DNA of 64,000 nucleotides from an uncultured Candidatus Saccharibacteria bacterium (GTDB lineage: Bacteria > Patescibacteriota > Saccharimonadia > Saccharimonadales > Saccharimonadaceae): assembly GCA_963535445.1 (NCBI GenBank), contig CAUSWA010000001.1, positions 10,896 to 74,895 of the forward strand, read 5' to 3'. Position numbers and translations under genes: made by a program. The notes under the pieces were generated by a model. That model was not told where the DNA came from. It ran no database searches and worked only from the letters and a program-made list of their open reading frames with translations. Positions 38,866-47,977 of the stretch are shown here, one piece after another. Positions within the stretch are counted from its first letter, which is position 1, and the number at the start of each line of letters is the position of its first letter.

Positions 38866-38941
38866 GCCGTCTTAGCTCAGTTGGTAGAGCGGCGCATTCG
38901 TAACGCGCAGGTCGCCGGTTCAATCCCGGCAGACGGCTCCA
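38866..38941 (+). tRNA. tRNA-Thr(CGU)
   Basis: Anticodon loop TT-CGT-AA; ends ggcTCCA; TGTTATAAT upstream. Confidence 0.93.
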
Positions 38942-38954
38942 TAGTTTATAAGTT

Positions 38955-39332
38955 ATGAAAAGCGAAATCATTAAGTCGTTATTGGGTGTTCTCAAGAATA
39001 GGACTCTTGTTCTTTTTCTCGTAGCGATGCTAATTTTAGATATAGTTTGTTCAATTGCCGTGTCTATGCAGATTACGCCCAGCGAGATTACGGTTTATTC
39101 ACGTTATACTGCTTTCGGACAAGTACATTTTTACAAAGATCACTGGCAATATTTATTATTATTTTCTGGATTTTTCACGTTAGTAACTATCATCCATGGC
39201 GCGCTAATGATAAAGTTTTATCTATTGGAAAAAACAACAACTGCTAAGGCAATTGGATGGTGCGCGTTTATCATTATGCTGATTGCTGCTATGTACGCTT
39301 TTGGCGTCCTATCTTTAGGACGGGCGGCATGA
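38955..39332 (+). CDS. Hypothetical three-TM membrane protein
   Basis: Three hydrophobic segments; ATGA overlap with the next gene. Confidence 0.75.
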   Translation: MKSEIIKSLLGVLKNRTLVLFLVAMLILDIVCSIAVSMQITPSEITVYSRYTAFGQVHFYKDHWQYLLLFSGFFTLVTIIHGALMIKFYLLEKTTTAKAIGWCAFIIMLIAAMYAFGVLSLGRAA

Positions 39333-41017
39333 GTTGTCCAGACTTAGAAATTCCTCTTGGCAAAAGGTCGAAGCTTTATCGTTTTTTTGAGATGTTGCCA
39401 GCGTTAATAAGCTATGGCATGTTAATTTTGTTAGTAGTTTTATCAGTACTTAGTCCTTTTCTGGCAGCTATTTACTTATTGTTATTGGTGTTAACCACGT
39501 TTGTTAAGGCTATAGGCATTTCTTATAGAACTTTGCTGGGCCACCGGCAACTTGTTCGGGCCGAGAAAATTGATTGGAGTGCTCGACTTGATGATCTATC
39601 GCAGGCTGCCGCGGGCAAGTCGCCCGAAATTAAAATTAATAAAAAAGATTTTGAAGCTGATGTGCATCAGCAAACTATTCTGTCTATCGAAAAAGGTGAG
39701 TTGCAGATCATAGATCCCAGAGATATTTATCATGCAGTACTAATTGCTGCTTATAACGAGTCTTACGAAGTATTGAAGCCGACGGTAGAGTCAGTAAATA
39801 ATACAACATATCCGAACGAGAGGTTGATTGTATATTTGGCCTACGAAGAACGCGGCGGCGAGCAGATGGCAGAGACTGCCAGGCGTCTTCGTGATGAATA
39901 TGTTGGCGTATTTTGCGACTTTCGGATCATTCAACACCCTAAAGATTTGCCGGACGAGATACCGGGTAAGGGTCCAAATATTACGTATGCAGGCTATGAT
40001 CTCAAGCAGTGGTGCGACAATAAAAAGATTGAATATAACCAAGTAATCGTTACAACCCTTGATAGCGATAATCGGCCTTACTCAACCTATTTTGATTATG
40101 TGGCGTATAAATATGCTGTTACCCCTAACCGCGAAAGACTATCATATCAGCCGGTGGCCTTGTATTTCGGTAATATTTGGGATGCACCAGCGCCAATGCG
40201 GGTGCTAGCAACGGGCAATTCGTTTTGGACTATTATTGGTAGTATGCGGCCGCATGCTTTGCGTAATTTTGCAGCTCATAGCCAGCCGCTTTCGGCGCTT
40301 GTGAGTATGGATTTCTGGAGTAAGCGCAGTATTGTTGAGGATGGGCATCAGTATTGGCGCAGTTATTTTTACTTTAAAGGCGACTATAGTGTTATGCCAA
40401 TCCATGTTCCTGTATATCAAGATGCCGTGTTATCAGACACATTTAAAGCAACGCTTATCAGTCAGTTTAAACAGTTGCGGCGCTGGGGGTATGGTGCTTC
40501 GGATATACCATATGTAGCAGTCAGATTATTTACGCGCCAGCGAACAGCTCCTTTTTGGGAAACATTGGCAAGATTCATACGACTAATTGATAATCATGTT
40601 AGCTTAGCTACGATGTCAATATTGGTTGCTTTTGGCGCGTGGGTGCCATTATTAACCAATCCCGAAGCTTCCAGAAATATTTCTGCGCATGCTCTGCCGC
40701 TAATAGTTAGCCACATTCAACAGGTAGCAGTTATTGGGATATTTATTACGATTCTACTGATGCTGAAGATGCTGCCTCCTCGTCCAGAACGCTATAAGCG
40801 TTCGCGAACCGTTTTTATGGTTTTGCAATGGTTTCTGATGCCTGTTACATCAATCTGTTATAGCTCTGCAGCATCAATGGCAGCGCAGACGCATTTGTTG
40901 TTAGGTAAATATCTTGAGAAATTTGATGTAACCGACAAGGCAACGTTGTCGTCGCGTGCTAAAACAAAGGCCAAGAAGGACGCCCTCAAGAAAGCTAGAC
41001 GTAAATCAAAATTATAA
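39329..41017 (+). CDS. Processive-type membrane glycosyltransferase, family 2
   Basis: AAYNE, PGKG.N, LDSD, IVED, QLRRW; N- and C-terminal TMs. Confidence 0.88.
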   Translation: MSCPDLEIPLGKRSKLYRFFEMLPALISYGMLILLVVLSVLSPFLAAIYLLLLVLTTFVKAIGISYRTLLGHRQLVRAEKIDWSARLDDLSQAAAGKSPEIKINKKDFEADVHQQTILSIEKGELQIIDPRDIYHAVLIAAYNESYEVLKPTVESVNNTTYPNERLIVYLAYEERGGEQMAETARRLRDEYVGVFCDFRIIQHPKDLPDEIPGKGPNITYAGYDLKQWCDNKKIEYNQVIVTTLDSDNRPYSTYFDYVAYKYAVTPNRERLSYQPVALYFGNIWDAPAPMRVLATGNSFWTIIGSMRPHALRNFAAHSQPLSALVSMDFWSKRSIVEDGHQYWRSYFYFKGDYSVMPIHVPVYQDAVLSDTFKATLISQFKQLRRWGYGASDIPYVAVRLFTRQRTAPFWETLARFIRLIDNHVSLATMSILVAFGAWVPLLTNPEASRNISAHALPLIVSHIQQVAVIGIFITILLMLKMLPPRPERYKRSRTVFMVLQWFLMPVTSICYSSAASMAAQTHLLLGKYLEKFDVTDKATLSSRAKTKAKKDALKKARRKSKL

Positions 41018-41194
41018 AATTATCATTAAATTTTAAGCTAAATAAAAATGGGTGACAGGTGAGTTTATATTAAAAACAAATTATTATAGTAAACGAAAGA
41101 TTAATCTTTTAGCTGAGACTACCAACACTGATTGCAAGACACTGAATTACTTTACGTGATTACAATACCAAGCGAAGCAGTTCGGCTTGTTGTA

Positions 41195-41284
41195 TTATTT
41201 GAGCTCGTAGTAAATGGTATAGCGGCTTAGCCGAGATTGCTTTTTATATGTTGTAGATTTTGTTTTGGTATGTTGTTTAGCCAT
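41195..41284 (-). pseudogene. Leaderless 29-aa basic ORF, possibly a remnant of an exported-protein gene
   Basis: TTGACA(41319-41314)-17-TAATAT-6-ATG; MAKQHTKTKSTTYKKQSRLSRYTIYYELK*. Confidence 0.4.
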
Positions 41285-41428
41285 ACCTCTATATTAGCAT
41301 AAGTAATATTTTTTGTCAAATTAGATAATCTACGAAAATATATCACCAGACGCATAGAAATGTTGATTAGACATCGAATAACGACGTGGAAAACTTTTAG
41401 TATTTGTGCATAAAATATTATGCAAAAT

Positions 41429-41459
41429 AAAAAACTTGCCGTCTAAATTACGGCAAGTT
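41429..41459 (-). terminator. Terminator after tRNA-Val
   Basis: aacttgccgt / acggcaagtt with a minus-strand U tract. Confidence 0.75.
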
Positions 41460-41471
41460 ACATGATTGCTC

Positions 41472-41548
41472 TGGTGGGCAATAGAGGATTCGAACCTCTC
41501 ACCTCTTCAACGTCAATGAAGCGCTCTAGCCAAATGAGCTAATCGCCC
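41472..41548 (-). tRNA. tRNA-Val(GAC)
   Basis: Reverse complement gggcgattagctca..cttca TT-GAC-GT tgaag..gttcgaatc..cccacca. Confidence 0.95.
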
Positions 41549-41617
41549 AACTGCAATTAATGGTAGCAGAAATCACTACGTATTGCAATATGACAGAATA
41601 GCCAGTAATATACTAAG

Positions 41618-41769
41618 TAGACGTTGACGGAGTCTAACCACCTCTTGAGTCTCGTGTTGGCGGTTGCGGCGCACGTAAAAAGTCGGAGCAAGAGTAATAG
41701 CCAAGGTGGAACCTCCCGTTTTTGGGACCGAGGCACGCGCGTAAAAACGCTTGCGTGCTTTTATATTTT
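41618..41769 (+). promoter_or_regulatory. Compact T-box-like leader with terminator
   Basis: AAGGTGGAACC at 41703-41713; tccc/ggga helix; terminator ggcacgc..gcgtgct plus U tract; upstream of thrS. Confidence 0.7.
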
Positions 41770-41787
41770 CTAAAAAGGAGGTTCATT

Positions 41788-43602
41788 ATGAACGAACAGC
41801 AACTACAATCAATGCGGCACAGTCTAGCGCATATTATGGCGCAGGCGGTGCAGCATTTATGGCCGCAGGCTAAATTCGGTGTTGGGCCGGCTATTGATAA
41901 TGGTTTTTACTATGATATTGATCTTGGTGATGTAAAAATATCGGAGGATGATTTTAGCCGAATCGAGAAAGAAATGCGAAGTGTTATTGCACGCGATCTG
42001 CCGTTTACGCGTCAAGATGTGCCAGTTGATGAGGCGATAACTTGGGCGAAAGAAAACAATCAGCCTTACAAAATTGAATTGCTTAACGACTTGAAACGGT
42101 CAGGTACAACAATAGCGAAAGACTTAGCGGGCCAGAAGCTTGGTTCTGCCAGCGATGATGAAAGCAAGGTTGACACTGTATCACTGTACTCGCAGGGTGA
42201 TTATACTGACTTATGTCGTGGCGGTCACGTTGAAAGCACTGGCAAGGTCGGAGCTTTCAAGTTAATGCGCGTTGCTGGTGCGTATTGGCGCGGTAATGAG
42301 AACAACCCGCAGATGCAGCGTTTGTACGGTGTCGCTTTTGCGACTCAAGCTGAACTGGACGGTTACTTGGATATGCTAGAAGAGGCAAAGAAGCGCGATC
42401 ATCGTAAGCTCGGTAAAGAACTCGATCTTTATACTATGTCGCCGCTTGTTGGCATCGGCTTGCCGTTGTTTACACCGCGCGGTACGGTCCTGCGCGAAAA
42501 GGCAGCGCAGTTATCGAACGAACTGCGCCAAAAATACGGTTTCACGAAAGTTTGGACACCACATATTACCAAGAAGGATTTATACGAAGCATCAGGACAT
42601 TGGGCAAAATTTGGCGACGAACTTTTTTTGGTAACTAGCCAAGAGACTAGCGACAAGATGGCGCTCAAGCCGATGAACTGTCCGCATCATACTCAGATTT
42701 TTGCCTCGCAGCCGCGCAGTTATCGCGAGATGCCGATACGTTATTTAGAAACAACGACCGACTACCGCGACGAGAAAACTGGTGAGCTAGGCGGTTTGAG
42801 CCGCGTGCGTTCGTTAACTCAGGATGATAGCCACGTCTTTTGCCGGCCTGACCAAATTGAACAAGAAATTAATAATTTGCTAGCTTGCGCGCAAGAATTG
42901 TACGATATCGTCGGTATGAAATTACGCGTGCGATTAAGTTACCGCGACGATGGCGAAGGATATTTGGGCGAGTTAGAATTGTGGCAATCAGCCCAATCGC
43001 AACTCAAAGCTGCGGTTGTCGCTAAAGGTCTTGACTATTTTGAACAGGAAGGCGAAGCAGCTTTCTATGGGCCAAAAATAGACTTCATGGCGACCGATGC
43101 GATTGGACGAGAACATCAGGTTGCGACAGTGCAGTTAGACTTTGTCCAGCCTGAACGTTTTGGCCTTGAATACATAAATGAGTCTGGCGATTCGGAGCGT
43201 CCAGTAATGATTCACAGTGCATTGCTTGGTTCAATTGAACGCTTTTTGAGCGTGTTCATTGAGCATACGGCTGGCTGGTTTCCATTCTGGATTGCACCTG
43301 AACAGGTTCGTATTCTTACAGTCAATGATACAGTAAATGACTATGTTGATGAAATTACATCAGTGCTAAAAACAGAGGTATTGATGCGTCCTATAAAATA
43401 CAACGAAGTAAGATTCACAGCAGATACGCGTAATGAGTCGTTAGGCAAAAAAATCCGTGAGGCGACTGTTGTAAAAATTCCAGTACAAATTATAGTTGGT
43501 CCAAAGGATAAGGCTGCACGTGTAGTTAGCGTTCGTACTCGCGCGGGCGAGGAGCAGGTTTCTATTGATCAACTAGCTGAATACATTCAGAGCATCCAAT
43601 AA
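41788..43602 (+). CDS. thrS: Threonine--tRNA ligase
   Basis: MRHSLAHIMA, DLCRGGH, AGAYWRG, RDHRKLG, KPMNCP, AFYGPKID; AGGAGG SD. Confidence 0.97.
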   Translation: MNEQQLQSMRHSLAHIMAQAVQHLWPQAKFGVGPAIDNGFYYDIDLGDVKISEDDFSRIEKEMRSVIARDLPFTRQDVPVDEAITWAKENNQPYKIELLNDLKRSGTTIAKDLAGQKLGSASDDESKVDTVSLYSQGDYTDLCRGGHVESTGKVGAFKLMRVAGAYWRGNENNPQMQRLYGVAFATQAELDGYLDMLEEAKKRDHRKLGKELDLYTMSPLVGIGLPLFTPRGTVLREKAAQLSNELRQKYGFTKVWTPHITKKDLYEASGHWAKFGDELFLVTSQETSDKMALKPMNCPHHTQIFASQPRSYREMPIRYLETTTDYRDEKTGELGGLSRVRSLTQDDSHVFCRPDQIEQEINNLLACAQELYDIVGMKLRVRLSYRDDGEGYLGELELWQSAQSQLKAAVVAKGLDYFEQEGEAAFYGPKIDFMATDAIGREHQVATVQLDFVQPERFGLEYINESGDSERPVMIHSALLGSIERFLSVFIEHTAGWFPFWIAPEQVRILTVNDTVNDYVDEITSVLKTEVLMRPIKYNEVRFTADTRNESLGKKIREATVVKIPVQIIVGPKDKAARVVSVRTRAGEEQVSIDQLAEYIQSIQ

Positions 43603-44531
43603 TGAAAAAATTAGCTGCCGCTGTTGAGCGCGATAATAAATTGCTAGCAGCAGCTGACGTAATAGATTTGCCGCTAGTCGTTATTGCTGGTCCGACTGCT
43701 AGCGGCAAAACTGAGCTAGCGATTCGGATCGCTAAAAAATTTAACGGTGAGGTCATCTCGGCTGACTCGCGAGCAATTTATCGCGGACTCGATATCGGTA
43801 CAGCTAAACCTACGTCTGAAGAACAACAGGGGATAGCGCATTGGGGTATTGACATAGTCGATCCAGGAGAGAGGTTTACGGCAGCGAATTTTAAGGTGTA
43901 TGCTCAGCGAAAGATTAGCGAAATTCGTTCACGCGGGCATCTGCCGATTATGGCTGGCGGTACTGGTTTGTATATCGATAGCGTACTGTACGATTTTAAG
44001 TTTACGGCATATTCAAACAATCTTGATGAACGGCGTAAACTTGAGAATAAATCGTTAGAACAGCTTGTGTATCATTGCGAAAAAAACAACATTAAATTGC
44101 CGAAAAATATAAAAAACAAGCGACACATTGTTAGCGCTATTCTACGCAAAGGGGAAGATCCTCTCAAAAATGATAAAATAATTAGCAATACTATACTAGT
44201 AGGTATAGCGACAGATAGAGACATCCTAAGAAGTAGAATTGAAGAGCGGGCAAAAAATATTGTAAGTAATACAACAATAAATGAAGCTATACATGCGGCA
44301 GAGAAGTGGGGCTGGTACAACGAGGCAATGACTGGGAATGTCTATCCGCTTATCAAACAATATCTAGATGGCACAATTAACGAGATTGAACTTGAGCGAA
44401 AACTTTGTGTACTAGATTGGCGGTTGGCTAAACGCCAGCTTACTTGGCTGAGGCGTAATAAGGATATTAAATGGTTTAGCATTGATGAAGCATGGACCTA
44501 CATCGTGAACAATCTAGATAAGAGCTCTTAG
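43602..44531 (+). CDS. miaA: tRNA dimethylallyltransferase
   Basis: GPTASGKT, ISADSR.IY..LDIGTAKP, GGTGLY, AKRQLTW. Confidence 0.95.
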   Translation: MKKLAAAVERDNKLLAAADVIDLPLVVIAGPTASGKTELAIRIAKKFNGEVISADSRAIYRGLDIGTAKPTSEEQQGIAHWGIDIVDPGERFTAANFKVYAQRKISEIRSRGHLPIMAGGTGLYIDSVLYDFKFTAYSNNLDERRKLENKSLEQLVYHCEKNNIKLPKNIKNKRHIVSAILRKGEDPLKNDKIISNTILVGIATDRDILRSRIEERAKNIVSNTTINEAIHAAEKWGWYNEAMTGNVYPLIKQYLDGTINEIELERKLCVLDWRLAKRQLTWLRRNKDIKWFSIDEAWTYIVNNLDKSS

Positions 44532-44563
44532 ATATGATACTCTTATACTAAAGGGTTTACGGT

Positions 44564-45175
44564 ATGATTGACGCATTATTTGGTTCAAAAACGAGGGTAA
44601 AACTTCTGCATCTCTTTCTTAACAATCCTGGAAAGTCGTTTTATGTCCGCGAGATTACGCGGTTGATTGGCGAACAGATAAATTCTGTGCGCAGAGAGCT
44701 ATCTAATATGCTTGATGCTGGTGTGCTGCTGAGTAATACAAACGATAATAAACTATATTACGAGATTAACCGCTCTTACATTCACTACAAACCGCTCAAA
44801 GAGATTTTTACTAATAATGATGTTAGCAAGCAAAAACCAAAAAGATTTTCAAAACAATCTGCTAGTAGCGAGACGGACGATTGGCGAATTGCTCTGGCGG
44901 CTTTGCCTAAAGCAAAAATTGTGATAGCAGCAGGTGTATTGGTTCGCGGTTCAGCGAGCAAGGTTGATTTATTGATCGTCGGTAATGTCGAATCTAAACG
45001 TGTAGCGGATGTAGTAAATGGAATAGAAATAAAAGTCGGTAGGCAGCTAACGTTTAGTAGAATGCTGTACGACGAATTCTATTATCGCTTGAGCGTGCAT
45101 GATAGGTTCATTAATGATATATTATCAAGCAGACACGAAGTTGTAGTAGATAGTGAAAATATTCTGCAGCGATAG
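44564..45175 (+). CDS. Winged-helix protein with C-terminal nucleotidyltransferase-like fold
   Basis: LFGSKTRVKLL..FYVREITR..INSVRREL; VDLLIVG. Confidence 0.7.
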   Translation: MIDALFGSKTRVKLLHLFLNNPGKSFYVREITRLIGEQINSVRRELSNMLDAGVLLSNTNDNKLYYEINRSYIHYKPLKEIFTNNDVSKQKPKRFSKQSASSETDDWRIALAALPKAKIVIAAGVLVRGSASKVDLLIVGNVESKRVADVVNGIEIKVGRQLTFSRMLYDEFYYRLSVHDRFINDILSSRHEVVVDSENILQR

Positions 45176-45196
45176 AAATGAAGGAGGAAAAAAAGA

Positions 45197-45835
45197 GTGT
45201 TTGACATAGAATACAAAGGCGGAAACACGATTGTACTTTCGGGTAAAAAGACTACTATTATTACAGATCCGAAATTGTCGTTGATCGGACTAAAAGATGC
45301 CAAAACTACCGGTTGCGTTGAACTTGCTACCGAGGATCGCTTCGCTGTTAAGGCAGATGGCGCAAAGCTCGTAGTTAATGGTCCTGGCGAATACGAAATA
45401 GGAGATTTTGTTATAAAAGGAATTGCTGCTGTTCGACATCTTGATAGCGGCAGCAATGAAAAACTAGATACAATTTATCGGGTAGAATGCGGTAATGTTG
45501 CTATAGGTGTTATTGGTAACATCGAACCAAAATTAAACGATGATCAATTAGAAAATCTTGGAGTGATAGACATCCTAATAGTTCCAGTCGGTGGATCTGG
45601 CTATACGCTTGATGCCACGAGCGCTGTGGCTCTGGTTCGTGCTATTAGCCCGAAGGTTGTCGTGCCGATACATTATGCTGATAGCGGTATATCTTATGAA
45701 GTGCCACAGGATTCGGCCGAAGTTTTTGTTAAAGAAATGGGTGCGCCTGTCGAAAATGTATCTAAACTAAAAGTAAAGAATGACTCCTCGCTACCAACGG
45801 TATTAACGACATATATATTGTCGCGAACGAGATAA
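45197..45835 (+). CDS. Metallo-beta-lactamase-fold protein with degenerate metal site
   Basis: ITDP, GPGEYEI, IDILIVPVGG..TL, PKVVVPIHY; no HxHxDH. Confidence 0.75.
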   Translation: MFDIEYKGGNTIVLSGKKTTIITDPKLSLIGLKDAKTTGCVELATEDRFAVKADGAKLVVNGPGEYEIGDFVIKGIAAVRHLDSGSNEKLDTIYRVECGNVAIGVIGNIEPKLNDDQLENLGVIDILIVPVGGSGYTLDATSAVALVRAISPKVVVPIHYADSGISYEVPQDSAEVFVKEMGAPVENVSKLKVKNDSSLPTVLTTYILSRTR

Positions 45836-45856
45836 TATAGTCTAAGGTTAAATAAT

Positions 45857-45883
45857 AAAATCCCCTTGTTGCAGGGGGATTTT
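45857..45883. terminator. Bidirectional terminator
   Basis: aaaatcccct..gggggatttt between convergent genes. Confidence 0.75.
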
Positions 45884-45893
45884 ACTTTGTGGC

Positions 45894-46094
45894 TTAGGCT
45901 GAAGCTATGATACCTTTTTTCTTGAGTGTGCGTATAGCCTTCGTTGAAAGTACCATGGTGATTTTTTTACCATTAACAACGAGAGTCTTTCTTTGAAGGT
46001 TGGGTTTGAACACTCGCTTGTTGCGCTGCAGAGAGAAACTTACTTTGTTTCCGAACTGCTTGCCTTTGCCAGTCAGCTCACATCGTGCTGCCAT
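45894..46094 (-). CDS. rpmB: 50S ribosomal protein L28
   Basis: MAARCELTGK..GNKVSFS....KRVFKPNLQ. Confidence 0.93.
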   Translation of the reverse strand: MAARCELTGKGKQFGNKVSFSLQRNKRVFKPNLQRKTLVVNGKKITMVLSTKAIRTLKKKGIIASA

Positions 46095-46189
46095 TGTAGA
46101 TTCCACTTCTTAATTACGGTTATTATCAATCTGTCCTAGTATACTCTGGTTTTGATTCTTCGTCAAGAGCTGGTACAATGATAAATTAG

Positions 46190-46837
46190 ATGGATGTTCT
46201 GTATATAATTATTGTTTTGATGGTGATATTTGTGTCGATGACGTTGCATGAATTAGCTCACGGCTTGGTGGCAAATAGCTTGGGTGATCGAACTGCGTAT
46301 GATTTTGGCAGATTAACTTTGAATCCGATAAAACATATAGATCCGTATATGACTATATTACTGCCGATGATAATAATTATTACAAACATGACAACTGGAG
46401 CTAGCGTGCCAATCTTTGGTGGTGCAAAACCAGTACCTTTTAATCCAAGCAATATAAAGCATGGCGAGATTGGAGTGGCATTGGTAGCTATAAGCGGTCC
46501 GTTAGTGAACTTCTTTTTAGCGTTTGTAGCGTACGCAATACTTGTAGTCTCTAAGTCCGAGGCGGGTTCTTTGTTGAACTCTGTATTAACGGCTTTTACA
46601 ATGGTGAATTTGGGGTTTTTTGCTTTCAATATAATTCCGATACCACCATTGGATGGATCGCGAGTACTGTATGCGCTTGCCCCCGACTTTGTGAGGAGCA
46701 TTTTCGATACTATAGAGAGATATGGTGTTTTATTAATCTTTGCCATAGTTATGGTTGGCAGTTCTTTAATAGTTACTTATATGAACTTTATAATCGTAAA
46801 CATACTAAAAGGATTCTCTATCGTTTTTGGCGGGTAG
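46190..46837 (+). CDS. Site-2 protease (M50 family)
   Basis: HELAH, GRLTLNP..HID, GPLVN, FNIIPIPPLDG. Confidence 0.92.
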   Translation: MDVLYIIIVLMVIFVSMTLHELAHGLVANSLGDRTAYDFGRLTLNPIKHIDPYMTILLPMIIIITNMTTGASVPIFGGAKPVPFNPSNIKHGEIGVALVAISGPLVNFFLAFVAYAILVVSKSEAGSLLNSVLTAFTMVNLGFFAFNIIPIPPLDGSRVLYALAPDFVRSIFDTIERYGVLLIFAIVMVGSSLIVTYMNFIIVNILKGFSIVFGG

Positions 46838-46855
46838 TCGTGGTACAATATAATT

Positions 46856-46996
46856 AGCCTCTTAGGCGCCAGCGTATATGATTTTCCTAACAAATCATTG
46901 ATAGGGATCTCAACAGCAGTATTCTCGTGGGAATATTGTGAGAGAACCCACCTTGCAATAAGCGGGGAATATCAGTCGCTAGCCTGGAGGCTTTTT
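46856..46996 (+). ncRNA. Candidate 6S-like RNA
   Basis: Own -10 (TGGTACAAT 46841-46849); 5' and 3' ends pair; central bubble; apical stem; U tract. Confidence 0.6.
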
Positions 46997-47011
46997 GTGA
47001 TATAATTACGC

Positions 47012-47365
47012 TAGGCTATCGGGTAATCGCTGGTTCTTTACAGAACAAGAGGAAAGTCCGGGCAGCGTAGGACATGGCAGTCGCTAACGGCGACCAGAGG
47101 TAACTCTAGGGAAAGTGCCACAGAAACGATACCGCTATCTCAAATCTGCTTAATGCACGATGACTGATAGTAAGGGTGAAAAGAGCGGTGTAAGAGACCG
47201 TAGCCGACTATGGTGACATAGAAGGAGGGTAAACCCTGCCAGCTGCAAGGTGTATTATCGCATAAGTTGTTCGCTTGATAATACTAACATCCGCTTGAGC
47301 TGTGCAGCAATGTGCAGCCTAGATAGATGATTACCGATAACAGAACCCGGCTTATAGATAGCCTA
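47012..47365 (+). ncRNA. rnpB: RNase P RNA
   Basis: GAGGAAAGTCCGG, GAAAGTGCCACAGAAA, GGTAAACCC, ACAGAACCCGGCTTA; P1 taggctatc/gatagccta. Confidence 0.96.
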
Positions 47366-47401
47366 ATAAAAGACCGCTAGTTGATCTCGCGGTCTTTTAT
47401 T
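47365..47401. terminator. Bidirectional terminator between rnpB and rplT
   Basis: aataaaagaccgc..gcggtcttttatt. Confidence 0.8.
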
Positions 47402-47431
47402 AGGCTTAAGCTCTAAGTAGAAGAAGAATTT

Positions 47432-47779
47432 TTATTGCTTTGTTGCTTCTTTGACGATCTCAGAAAAAGCTTCCGGTTCGTTGACGGCTAAGTCAGCGAG
47501 GACCTTACGGTTGATTTCAATGTTGGTCGCGCGAAGACCTGCTATCAATTTACCGTAGGTTGTGCCATTTTGGCGGGCAGCTGCATTGATACGAGTAATC
47601 CACAGGCTGCGCAGATCGCGCTTTTTGTTGCGGCGGTCGCGATATGCGTACTGCAAGGCGCGAATTACGGCTTGCTTAGCTAAGCGAAAGCTTCGGGTGC
47701 GGTTATGCTGCATTCCCTTGGCTAATTTTAAGGTCTTCTTATGTTTCGCCGAAGCGGCGACTCCTCGTTTGACTCGCAT
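47432..47779 (-). CDS. rplT: 50S ribosomal protein L20
   Basis: [30 protein letters not shown]. Confidence 0.97.
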   Translation of the reverse strand: MRVKRGVAASAKHKKTLKLAKGMQHNRTRSFRLAKQAVIRALQYAYRDRRNKKRDLRSLWITRINAAARQNGTTYGKLIAGLRATNIEINRKVLADLAVNEPEAFSEIVKEATKQ

Positions 47780-47782
47780 ATA

Positions 47783-47977
47783 TTAGACTCCCAATGCTCG
47801 CTTAACGTTTTTTGCTATGCCGCCTTTAATAATAGCGCTGGTATTAATATTTCGCTTGCGCGACTTGCTTTTCTTGGATAGCATGTGGTTCCCGAATGCG
47901 CGGCGACGGGTAAGTTTGCCGGTACTGGTTAGCTTTATGCGCTTAGCAGTGCCCTTGTGGGTCTTCATTTTTGGCAT
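47783..47977 (-). CDS. rpmI: 50S ribosomal protein L35
   Basis: MPKMKTHKGTAKR..T.TGK. Confidence 0.96.
   Translation of the reverse strand: MPKMKTHKGTAKRIKLTSTGKLTRRRAFGNHMLSKKSKSRKRNINTSAIIKGGIAKNVKRALGV

Noticed and set aside
41385..41426. Replication origin from DnaA-box-like 9-mers
   Set aside because: Only three degenerate matches, no dnaA nearby and no switch in gene orientation.
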